A stretch of DNA of 64,000 bases from Byssovorax sp. (GTDB lineage Bacteria; Myxococcota_A; Polyangia; Polyangiales; Polyangiaceae): the NCBI GenBank assembly GCA_040006075.1, contig JBDTXR010000002.1:1556-65555 (forward strand), given 5' to 3'. Positions 8,183 through 16,421 of the stretch are shown here, one piece after another; the stretch's first letter is position 1; the number at the start of each line of letters is the position of its first letter. The notes under the pieces are model-generated. The model was not told the DNA's origin, made no database searches, and saw nothing but the letters and a program-made list of their open reading frames with translations. The translations under genes were made by a program, and so were the position numbers.

Positions 8183-8578
8183 TCAGAAGGGATCCTTGTA
8201 AACCGCCTCTTCGATCCGATCGAGGAACGGCTGTCGGAGCTCGGCCAGCGTCAGCTTCGGGGCGATGCGGCTCACGTCGACGGCGGCGATGGGCTTCTGG
8301 ATCCGGCCGGTGATCGTGACCTCGGAGAGGGTGATCACCCCGCGCTGCGATTTGGTCTTCTCGGGCGTGGCCTTGTCGGGGGCGGCCAGCGCCGGGGGGG
8401 CCGCGGGCGTGGGCGCCGGGCTCTCTGTCGCCGTGGGCACCGCGGCGCCCTTTCGCGGCGGGCTCTTGTTGTTGGCGCAGAGCGGATCCGACGGCGGGCA
8501 CGTCTGCGCCCCGGCCGTGGCCGAGGCGAAGCAGAGCGCCACCGTGAGCAAGCCGAGGACCCTTCGCATCGGCGGCAT
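8183..8578 (-). CDS. secreted hypothetical protein
   Basis: C-terminal part of ORF 8183..11026(-). ATG at 8578 gives MPPMRRVLGLLTVALCFASATAGAQ (signal peptide), then a Pro/Ala-rich linker and a conserved-looking C-terminus, VITLSEVTITGRIQKPIAAVDVSR. The rest of the long ORF is an Arg-rich shadow of the kinase gene. Confidence 0.55.
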   Translation of the reverse strand: MPPMRRVLGLLTVALCFASATAGAQTCPPSDPLCANNKSPPRKGAAVPTATESPAPTPAAPPALAAPDKATPEKTKSQRGVITLSEVTITGRIQKPIAAVDVSRIAPKLTLAELRQPFLDRIEEAVYKDPF

Positions 8579-8674
8579 ACTAGAGCCTCTCGCGCGACGT
8601 GGGGGCGCAACCTGCGCGGGGCCGAACGGCGCTGCTTGGCGCGAGGATCGCGCGCCGGGGTATGCTCGCGCTCG

Positions 8675-11600
8675 ATGTCCGATTCGACGAGGCGCGCCGC
8701 GAAGGCACCGAGCACCGGCTCGGGCAGCGGGCGGCGGGAGCTCTTGCAGACGCTCCCGCTCCCGCTCGCGCAGCTCCTCCGCCGCGCGCTCAACGGCAAG
8801 AGCGCTGCCGAGCGCCACCACGGCGCCTTCTACCTCGCGGAGGGCACGCTGAAGATCGCCTCGGCGGCGCGCGTGGGCCTGTGGATGGATCGCGCCCTGG
8901 TCCCCGGCGGCGATCTCGCGCGCAAGCTCGAGGCGCTGGTGCTCCCGTCGCTCGGCCACTGGTGCGAGATGCTCCGCGAGCTCACCCTCGCGCTCTCGAA
9001 GCGCCCCGACGTAGCGCTGCTCCCGCCCCTCTGCGACGCGGCCGCGCTGGCGCGCAAGCGGCCCGAATGGGCCCACGTCGCGGCCCTCTGTCGCCGCGGC
9101 GTCGAGGTCGAGATCTTCGGCGAAGAGCCGGCAAAACAAGCCTTGCGACGCGGGACGCTCGGGTTCTTCGATCTGGTGGTCGCCTACCGCAACGTGGTCA
9201 TCGGCCACGGCGCCCAGCGCACCTCGGCGTTCTACGAAGAGCTCGCGCGCCTGCTCCTCGACGCGGTGGTGGAGGTGCTCGCCGATCCCGCGCTGCTCGG
9301 CGGCCTCGAGCTCGCGCAGGCGCGGCTCGAGCTCGACGGCGAGACCAGCCACACCACCTGGTACGCGCTCACCGGGCTCGCGGGCCTGCCCCGCGACGAC
9401 GACGCGGGCGACGCTGTGCCCGGGCATCTCTACCTGATCGGGCCGGGCGCGCGGGTGCCGCTGCACCCGCTGCTGGTGTACCGGCAGGAAGACGAGCTCG
9501 GCCGCGAGCAGGTCGGATTTCTCAACAAAGCGGCGCGCAAACGGCCCGATCGCGAGGGCGTCGCCGGCGCCGTGCAGCGCGCGGAGTACCTTGATTACGC
9601 CTCCGGGCAGACGCTCGACGACGTCGACGCGCGCGCCGCGCTCACGGCCCTGCTCGCGCGGCTCGAAGGGCGCGCGGTCACCCCGAGCGACGTCGACGCG
9701 AAGGCCCTCGCGACGCGCGCGGAGGCCGCCGCCGAGCCCGGTGACGACGCGGCGCCCGTGGGCGCGACCATCGGCGATTTCGAGCTGATGGGCGAGCTCG
9801 GGCGCGGATCGATGGGCGTGGTCTACAAGGCGCGGCAACGAAGCCTCGGGCGCGTCGTCGCCCTCAAGGTGCTGCCCCCCGCGCTCGCCGCCGACCGGGT
9901 CGCGCAGAAGCGCTTCAAGAACGAGATGCTCGCGCTGGCGCGCTGCGATCACCCCAACGTCGTGCGGATCCTCGCCACCGGCTCCGACGGCGACAGCGAC
10001 TACTACGCGATGGAGTACGTCGACGGCAGCGATCTCGCGCGCGCCGCGAGCCTGCCGGTCGATCGCCTGGCCGAGCTCTTCGCGGGCGCGGCCGACGGCC
10101 TCGCGCACCTCCACGAGAACGGGATCTTGCACCGGGATATCAAGCCCGGAAACCTCATGGTCACCGCCGACGGCCGGCGCGTGGTGATCATGGATCTCGG
10201 CCTCGCCAAGCTCGCCGACGCGTCGCAGGCGCTGACCTCGGCCGACGTGAAGATCCTCGGCACGCTCCGCTACATGGCGCCCGAGCAGCTCCAGCGTCGC
10301 CTCGTCGAGGTCGACGCGCGCGTCGACGTGTACGGCCTCGGCGCCGCCCTCTACGAGCTCGCGACCGGGCGTCCGATCCACGACGGCGAGACCGAGGTCC
10401 GCCTGATCCAGCAGGTGCTCAACGAAGAGCCGATGCCGCCTCGGCGCGCCAACCCCGCGCTTCGAAGCGATCTGGCGGCGGTGATCCAGGCCGCGACGGC
10501 GAAGCTCCCGGCGCAGCGCTACGCGTCCGCCGCGGCGTTCGCCGAGGATCTCCGCGCGGTGGCCCGCGACCAGCCGATCCGGGCGCGGCCCCCCGGCCTC
10601 GCGCGCACGGCGATGCGCTGGGCGAAGCGTCATCGACCTCTCTTCCTCGGCCTCGGCGCGGCGCTGCTCGCGATCGCCGCGGGCGGCGTCGCCCTCTGGG
10701 ATCATCAGCGCCTCAAGGCCGGCTACTACGCCTTCTACATCGATCGACGAGGCGCGTTCGAAGGCGTGGGCGAGGTTCCCGGGCCTGACGGGCGAAGCTT
10801 CACGTTCAAGGTGATCCGCCGCGGCGGCCGCATGGTGACGGTCGAGTGCGTCAATGGACGCGGCGCGCCCCACGCGTGCGGCGACTTCTCGTCCGTCGAG
10901 TTCCACTACGCCGACGACGGCGCGATCTCGCACCGCATCTTGCGCGGTCCGACCGGGAGATTCCTGGCGAAGTACGCGTACACCTACCAGGGTCAGAAGC
11001 TCCAGATCCTGCGGCTCGATCGCCACGATCTCCCGCTGCCCGAGCTCGGCGACGTGGCCATGTACCGCTTCGAGGTCGACGCGCAGGGGTTCCGTCGCAA
11101 GGTCACGTACTTCAACGATCGCGGCTCGCCGCGGCAGAGCTTCGGCGCCTACGGCTACGACCAGACCAACGACGAGTTCGGCGAGCCAACTACGCTGGTG
11201 TTCCTCGACGAAGCCGGCGCGCCGCTGGTGCGCAGCGACGGCGTCGCGCGCGCGACGATCACCTGGCTAGGGGCCGGCAACGAGGCCTCGCGCTCGTTCT
11301 TCGGGGTCGACGGGAAGCCGGTCCTCAACCCCGGGTTCGCTGCCGAGATCCGTCACCGGATCGACGCGCGCGGGAACCAGATCGAGCGCGCCTTCTACGG
11401 GGTCGACGGCAAGCTCGCGCTCCAGGCCGACGGCATCGCGCTCTGGCGCGCGCGCTTCGACGAGCACGGCTGTCTCGTCGAGAAGCGCTTCTTCGGGCCG
11501 GACGAGCGCCTGATCGTCAACAAGCTGGGCTTCGCCTCGATGGCCTCGAAATGCGACGAAAACGGCCGGGAAATCGAGCGGGCGCACTTCGGCGTGGCGG

Positions 11601-12604
11601 GCGAGCGGGTGGTGATGCGCGAGGGCTTCTCGATGTACCGATCGCGCTACGACGCCCAGGGCAACGAGGTCGAGCGGTCGTTCTTCGGCGCCGACGATCG
11701 GCCGCTGCCCAACGCCGGCGGCGCCGCGGTGGTCCGCACCACCTTCGACGAGCGCGGCAACGTGGTGGAGGTCGCGTCGTTCGGCGTCGACGGCCGGCCG
11801 GTGGTGGTGACCGCGGGCCGCGCGACCATTCGCTACCGTCACGACGATCGCGACAACGAGATCGAGCGCGCGACCTTCGGCGTCGACGGCGCCCGCGTCG
11901 TCCCGCGCGACGGCTGCGCGATCGAGCGCGCGAAATTCGACGAGCGCGGCAAGGAGATCGAGCGCGCTTGCCTGGGGATCGACGAGAAGCCGCGCTTGAC
12001 CAGGGAGGGCTGGGCCGTGGTCCGCTCCAGGGTGGACGAGCGCGGCAAATCGATCGAGAAGGCCTATTTCGGCGTGAACGACGCCCCCGCGCTCCTCCGC
12101 GACGGCTACGCGGGCCTGCGGATCGGCTACGACGATCGCGGCAACGAGAACGCGCGGACCTACCTCGGCAGCAACGGCGCGCCCGCGCTGAACGCCGACG
12201 GCTACGCGATCTGGCGAGGCAAATCCGACGAGCGTGGCCGGGTGATCGAGGAGACCCACTTCGGCCCCGACGGCGCCCCGGTGCTCCGCGCGCGCGGCTA
12301 TTCGATGCGCACGATCAGCTACGACGCGCACGGGAACGTCTTCGAGCGCGCCCACTTCGACGTCGGCGGCCGCCCGGTGCTCCGCGACGACGGCTACGCG
12401 ATCGAGCGCTCGCGCTACGACGCGCGCGACAACGAGATCCGGCGCGAATACCTGGGCGTCGGGGGAGAGCCGGTGCTCCGCAAAGGGGGCTATGCGGCGT
12501 TCCGCGCGAGCTACGACGAGGTGAGCCGGCTGGTCGAGAAGGTCTATCTCGATCTCGCCGGCAACCCGGTCGCGGCGCCTCCGCCCGACGCGCCGTCGCC
12601 CTGA
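8675..12604 (+). CDS. receptor-type Ser/Thr protein kinase with an unknown N-terminal domain, one TM helix and an extracytoplasmic YD-like repeat array
   Basis: Part of ORF 8636..12604 (start is TTG 8636 or, preferred, ATG 8675). Kinase motifs are GRGSMGVVYKA, VALKVL, HRDIKPGNLMV, DLGLAK and RYMAPE (~nt 9770-10560). The TM helix is LFLGLGAALLAIAAGGVALW. Tandem repeats follow. Confidence 0.85.
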   Translation: MSDSTRRAAKAPSTGSGSGRRELLQTLPLPLAQLLRRALNGKSAAERHHGAFYLAEGTLKIASAARVGLWMDRALVPGGDLARKLEALVLPSLGHWCEMLRELTLALSKRPDVALLPPLCDAAALARKRPEWAHVAALCRRGVEVEIFGEEPAKQALRRGTLGFFDLVVAYRNVVIGHGAQRTSAFYEELARLLLDAVVEVLADPALLGGLELAQARLELDGETSHTTWYALTGLAGLPRDDDAGDAVPGHLYLIGPGARVPLHPLLVYRQEDELGREQVGFLNKAARKRPDREGVAGAVQRAEYLDYASGQTLDDVDARAALTALLARLEGRAVTPSDVDAKALATRAEAAAEPGDDAAPVGATIGDFELMGELGRGSMGVVYKARQRSLGRVVALKVLPPALAADRVAQKRFKNEMLALARCDHPNVVRILATGSDGDSDYYAMEYVDGSDLARAASLPVDRLAELFAGAADGLAHLHENGILHRDIKPGNLMVTADGRRVVIMDLGLAKLADASQALTSADVKILGTLRYMAPEQLQRRLVEVDARVDVYGLGAALYELATGRPIHDGETEVRLIQQVLNEEPMPPRRANPALRSDLAAVIQAATAKLPAQRYASAAAFAEDLRAVARDQPIRARPPGLARTAMRWAKRHRPLFLGLGAALLAIAAGGVALWDHQRLKAGYYAFYIDRRGAFEGVGEVPGPDGRSFTFKVIRRGGRMVTVECVNGRGAPHACGDFSSVEFHYADDGAISHRILRGPTGRFLAKYAYTYQGQKLQILRLDRHDLPLPELGDVAMYRFEVDAQGFRRKVTYFNDRGSPRQSFGAYGYDQTNDEFGEPTTLVFLDEAGAPLVRSDGVARATITWLGAGNEASRSFFGVDGKPVLNPGFAAEIRHRIDARGNQIERAFYGVDGKLALQADGIALWRARFDEHGCLVEKRFFGPDERLIVNKLGFASMASKCDENGREIERAHFGVAGERVVMREGFSMYRSRYDAQGNEVERSFFGADDRPLPNAGGAAVVRTTFDERGNVVEVASFGVDGRPVVVTAGRATIRYRHDDRDNEIERATFGVDGARVVPRDGCAIERAKFDERGKEIERACLGIDEKPRLTREGWAVVRSRVDERGKSIEKAYFGVNDAPALLRDGYAGLRIGYDDRGNENARTYLGSNGAPALNADGYAIWRGKSDERGRVIEETHFGPDGAPVLRARGYSMRTISYDAHGNVFERAHFDVGGRPVLRDDGYAIERSRYDARDNEIRREYLGVGGEPVLRKGGYAAFRASYDEVSRLVEKVYLDLAGNPVAAPPPDAPSP
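11240..12585 (+). repeat. coding tandem repeat: about 14 consecutive 33-residue (99-nt) units
   Basis: Units such as GFAAEIRHRIDARGNQIERAFYGVDGKLALQAD, GFSMYRSRYDAQGNEVERSFFGADDRPLPNAG and GYAIERSRYDARDNEIRREYLGVGGEPVLRKG, with consensus G(Y/F)a..R..YDeRGN.IER.yFG.DG.Pv. More degenerate copies lie upstream from about 10850. Confidence 0.8.
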
Positions 12605-12631
12605 CGACGGTCGGCGGTGGTGCACTGCGGT

Positions 12632-12648
12632 TGCACAACCGTTGTGCA
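12632..12648. promoter_or_regulatory. 17-bp perfect palindrome TGCACAAC-C-GTTGTGCA upstream of the peroxidase gene
   Basis: Read directly from the sequence. An extra TGCAC half-site lies at 12621-12625. Nearby are the palindrome cctcgatcgagg (12664-12675) and a hairpin (12676-12683 pairing with 12691-12698). Function unknown. Confidence 0.35.
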
Positions 12649-12766
12649 TCCCGTCTGCGCAAGCCTCGATCGAGGCGCGTTTCTCAGCCTGAAACGCGTC
12701 GATCCGATCCTGGCCTCGCGCGTGCAATGACCGCGGCGACACCCCCTTCCCCCCGACGGAGGATTC

Positions 12767-14083
12767 ATGTTGACGCGTCTCTCTCACTCTCGATCACCGA
12801 CCCCGCTCTCCGGCCTGACCCTCGGTATCTCGCTCGCGGTCGCGCTCGCCGCGTGCACGCCCGATCTCGGCGCCTCGAGCGGCGACGGCGGGGCGGGCGG
12901 CGGCGCGACCAGCGCGACCTCGTCCAGCGCGGGTGGCACCGATCCCGGCGATCCGCTCGCCAACCTCCCCGCGCCGAAGCTGCCGACACCGATGCTGTCG
13001 TATGCCGCCAAGCTGCCGGCGAGCTTCGAGACGCCCCTCGTGCACGGCTACGACGACACGGCCGAAGGCAACCCCACCACCGACGCCGGCGCCACGCTGG
13101 GACGGGTGCTGTTCTACGATCGACGCTTGAGTGCCAACGGCAAGGTGGCCTGCGCGAGCTGCCACCAGCAAAAGCATGGCTTCTCCGACGATCGGGCGAA
13201 ATCGCTTGGGTTCGAGGGCAAGGAGACTGCGCGCCACTCGATGCCAGTCCTCGATACGCGCTTTTACCGGCGCGGCAAGTTCTTCTGGGACGAGCGGGCC
13301 GACTCGCTCGAAGCGCAGGTGCTCGGGCCGATCCAGAGCGACGTGGAGATGGGCATGAAGCTCGACGCGCTCGAGAGCCGCCTCGCGCAGACAGACTATT
13401 ACGCGCCGCTGTTCAAGGCGGCCTTCGGCGACGAGACCGTGAGCCGCGAGCGCATCGCCCGGGCGCTTTCGCAGTTCCTCCGCAGCATGGTCTCGTACCG
13501 GTCGCGCTGGGACGCCGCGATGGCCCAGGTCGACAGCATCGTAGGCGATCTGCCGGGCTTCTCGGAGGCCGAGAACCGCGGCAAGCAGATCTTCTTCGGC
13601 CAGCACGATCCGAGCACCCGCGGCCTCTGCGGCACCTGCCATCTCATGCAGAACGAGCTCTCGTTCACCCCGCCCGGAGCGCCGAAGCCGCCGGGGTCCA
13701 ACGCGGCGATCTTCTACATGGGGGCGCCGGCCAACAACGGTTTGCCGAACAACGCCGACAAGGGGGTCGGCGCGATCTCGGGCCTGGCGAAGGACGATGG
13801 GAAATTCAAGTCACCGTCGCTCCGCAACGTGGCGCTCCGGCCGCCCTACATGCACGACGGGCGCTTCAAGACCCTGGCCGAGGTGGTGGAGCACTACAAC
13901 AGCGGCATCGCCGCGGATCCGAACCTCGATCCGGCGCTGCGGCAGGGCGCGCCGAACGGGCCGCCGATGAAGCTCGGGTTGAGCGAGGACGACAAGGCCG
14001 CTCTCGTCGCCTTCCTGATGACGCTCAACGATGCCACGCTGGCCACCGATGTGCGCCTTTCGGATCCGTTCCCCGCGCCCTGA
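12767..14083 (+). CDS. di-haem cytochrome c peroxidase/MauG-family lipoprotein (paralogue 1)
   Basis: GGAGG lies 4 nt before ATG 12767. Lipobox is LAVALAAC. Two CxxCH motifs (CASCH, CGTCH). Also SPSLRNVALRPPYMHDG. Confidence 0.85.
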   Translation: MLTRLSHSRSPTPLSGLTLGISLAVALAACTPDLGASSGDGGAGGGATSATSSSAGGTDPGDPLANLPAPKLPTPMLSYAAKLPASFETPLVHGYDDTAEGNPTTDAGATLGRVLFYDRRLSANGKVACASCHQQKHGFSDDRAKSLGFEGKETARHSMPVLDTRFYRRGKFFWDERADSLEAQVLGPIQSDVEMGMKLDALESRLAQTDYYAPLFKAAFGDETVSRERIARALSQFLRSMVSYRSRWDAAMAQVDSIVGDLPGFSEAENRGKQIFFGQHDPSTRGLCGTCHLMQNELSFTPPGAPKPPGSNAAIFYMGAPANNGLPNNADKGVGAISGLAKDDGKFKSPSLRNVALRPPYMHDGRFKTLAEVVEHYNSGIAADPNLDPALRQGAPNGPPMKLGLSEDDKAALVAFLMTLNDATLATDVRLSDPFPAP

Positions 14084-14086
14084 TCG

Positions 14087-14944
14087 TCAGCCGCGCCAGC
14101 CGGGAGGGGGCTTGGCGAACGGGCCGGGCTCGGCCGGGAATGGATTGGCCGTCTCGCGCGTGGCGAGATCGTCAATCGGGATCCCGAGAGCCCGCAGCGC
14201 CTCGCGGTGCTCGTAACGAAGCGAGATCACCGTGGCCGGCGAGGTGGTCGCCCGCTCGAAGGTGGTGGAGGTGATCTTGGCCTCGCGCCGCTCGCCAAAG
14301 GCCGTTCCGAGCGACTGAGCAGCAGGCGCCACGCGCGGCGCGCCCGGCGTGGGGACGGGGGCTCGAGCGGCCACGGGAGACGGCGCTGCCATCGGCGCAG
14401 GCGGTGGCCCGCCAAACGCCGACGCGGCAAAGGGGGGAGGCGGCGCGCCACCCGCCATCGGAGGGCCAAACCCGGGAGGAGCCATGGGCGGGGGATAGCC
14501 GCCGGGCGGCCCGTGGATCACGGGGGGCGGCGGCGGAGGCGGCGGCGGGACCAGCTCCTCGAACAGGGCCGCGCCGATGACACCGATGTTGCGCGGCTTG
14601 CCCATCTGCGCCGCGTACGAGCCGCCGACGCCGCCGAACCGGAAGGTCGCCACGGCGTCCTTGTCGAGCCGATAGCCCTCGAAATCGTAGGTGCGCTGCG
14701 CGGTGAGCACCATGCCGCCGCACGAGAACGAGGCCTCCTCGCCGCTCGCCACGTCGAGGCCATCGACGCTCATCACCATCAGGACCCGCGCCCCGGTGAG
14801 GTTCTTGACCCGCAGCGCGTACCGCGATCCGTCGATCCCCTCGACGTACATCTGGCCCTGATGGAAGTACTCGTGGGCAGCCACCAGCGATCCATTGGTC
14901 TCGACCATCATGGTCAGCTCCATCAACCCCTTCGCGTCGCGCAT
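14087..14944 (-). CDS. hypothetical protein with a Pro-rich central linker
   Basis: C-terminal 285 aa of ORF 14087..15178(-), starting at ATG 14944 (MRDAKGLMELTMMVETNG...). It has an N-terminal globular region, then PPPPPPPPPVIHGPPGGYPPPMAPPGFGPP, then a C-terminal domain. No family recognised. Confidence 0.55.
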   Translation of the reverse strand: MRDAKGLMELTMMVETNGSLVAAHEYFHQGQMYVEGIDGSRYALRVKNLTGARVLMVMSVDGLDVASGEEASFSCGGMVLTAQRTYDFEGYRLDKDAVATFRFGGVGGSYAAQMGKPRNIGVIGAALFEELVPPPPPPPPPVIHGPPGGYPPPMAPPGFGPPMAGGAPPPPFAASAFGGPPPAPMAAPSPVAARAPVPTPGAPRVAPAAQSLGTAFGERREAKITSTTFERATTSPATVISLRYEHREALRALGIPIDDLATRETANPFPAEPGPFAKPPPGWRG

Positions 14945-15264
14945 ACGGGCAGGCCTTTCGTCAGGTGAGCAGCGGCTCGCGCCGCCGGAGCCGAGCCTAT
15001 CGCTTCCGCGCCCCGCGCAGATATGGATAAAAGATGATCCAGATTGATGGATCTTCGCCGCGTCGCTTCCCGGCCCGTAGCTCGCGCGCCCATCGCATGT
15101 CGCTGGAATTGAGCCGATTTGCTGGCGAATCTGTGGGTCGATGTAACCCCTCGGGCGCTCGTTCGGCGCTTGGCACACCAGGTGCTCAAGGGTCCATCAC
15201 CAGGCCGATAGACACCGACGGCACCTGCAAACCCGCCGCGGACTCGAGACGAAGGGCAACGACC

Positions 15265-16374
15265 ATGACGACGAGCATCCTCCCGACCAGCGCCACCGGC
15301 CTCACGCGACTCTGTGCCTTCTCGGCCGCGGCCCTCGTCGCCCTCTCCGCGGTGGGCTGCATGTCGCCGGTCGACTCGACCGACAATCCCGAGGAGGACG
15401 TCAACAGCTTCGATGACGCGCTGACCAACACCCAGAAGAAGGCCGTCAGCGATCACATCAAGAGCGTGGCCAAGAAGCACGGCATCACCAACGCCCTGCT
15501 CTTCGCGGGCGTGCCCAACCACGAGAGCGGCCTCGTGCAGTGCTGGAAGGACGCCACCTGGGCCTGCCAGGGTCCGCACTCGGACTACTGCGGTGGGCCG
15601 GTGATCGCCGGCTCCGGCGACGGCCCCTGCGGGAACAAGCAGGGCGGGCTCGGGATGTACCAGCTCGACGCAGGGACCTACTCGCAGACGCTGGCGTCGT
15701 ATGGCAGCGACGTCGTCGAGATCGATCCGCAGATCGACGAAGGCGTCAAGATCATCATCTCGAAGGTCTGGCACTGCCCCAACACGCCGCACTACGACAA
15801 CGAGGCCGCCGTCGTGACCTGGCTCAACGCGGCCAAGCCCGGCACCGCGAAATACGAGGTGTTCCTCTCGGCGATGGCCTATTGCTACAACGGCACTCCG
15901 CCGGGCTCGAGCAACTTCCAGAACATGCGCTCGAACTACCGCGCCGGCGTGCAGAAGCTCGAAGACGCCTTTGGCCACGACTACTGGTACGGCGCCGCGG
16001 CCCCGCCGCCGCCCCCGCCCAAGGCCCCCACCGGCTGTGGCTTCGTCGATCCGGGCGCGGGCCTGGCCTCGGGAGCCACGCACTCGTCGTGCAACAAGCA
16101 CTACGATCTCGCGATGCAGGCGGACGGTAACCTGGTGCTCTACCACGGCAGCAAGGCCATCTGGGCGACTGGCACCAACGGCAAGGGCGGCCACCGCGCC
16201 ACCATGCAGAAGGACGGCAACTTCGTCCTCTACACCGCCGCCGATAAGGCCCTCTGGGCCAGCGGCACCTCGGGCGACGAAGGGGCGTATCTCGCCGTGC
16301 AGGACGACGGCAACCTGGTCGTGTACTCGGCCTATGGCAAGGCGCTCTGGGACTCGCACACCAACGGCAAGTGA
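15265..16374 (+). CDS. lipoprotein: lysozyme/SLT-like domain fused to a bulb-type (B-) lectin domain
   Basis: ATG 15265 lies inside ORF 15034..16374. Lipobox is ALSAVGC. NHESG...GGLGMYQLD resembles the ES...GLMQ motifs of lytic transglycosylases. A PPPPPPKAP linker follows. There are three QxDxNxVxY motifs (MQADGNLVLY, MQKDGNFVLY, VQDDGNLVVY). Confidence 0.75.
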   Translation: MTTSILPTSATGLTRLCAFSAAALVALSAVGCMSPVDSTDNPEEDVNSFDDALTNTQKKAVSDHIKSVAKKHGITNALLFAGVPNHESGLVQCWKDATWACQGPHSDYCGGPVIAGSGDGPCGNKQGGLGMYQLDAGTYSQTLASYGSDVVEIDPQIDEGVKIIISKVWHCPNTPHYDNEAAVVTWLNAAKPGTAKYEVFLSAMAYCYNGTPPGSSNFQNMRSNYRAGVQKLEDAFGHDYWYGAAAPPPPPPKAPTGCGFVDPGAGLASGATHSSCNKHYDLAMQADGNLVLYHGSKAIWATGTNGKGGHRATMQKDGNFVLYTAADKALWASGTSGDEGAYLAVQDDGNLVVYSAYGKALWDSHTNGK

Positions 16375-16421
16375 TCGCTCGTTGACCTGATCGCGGGGAG
16401 TTGCGACTATCCGCCTCCCCG

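Noticed and set aside
11240-12585. 99-nt periodicity that might suggest a CRISPR-like or satellite array.
   Set aside because: The units are divergent at the DNA level, lie in one intact reading frame and encode a conserved 33-aa protein repeat. There are no identical direct repeats with unique spacers anywhere in the window.
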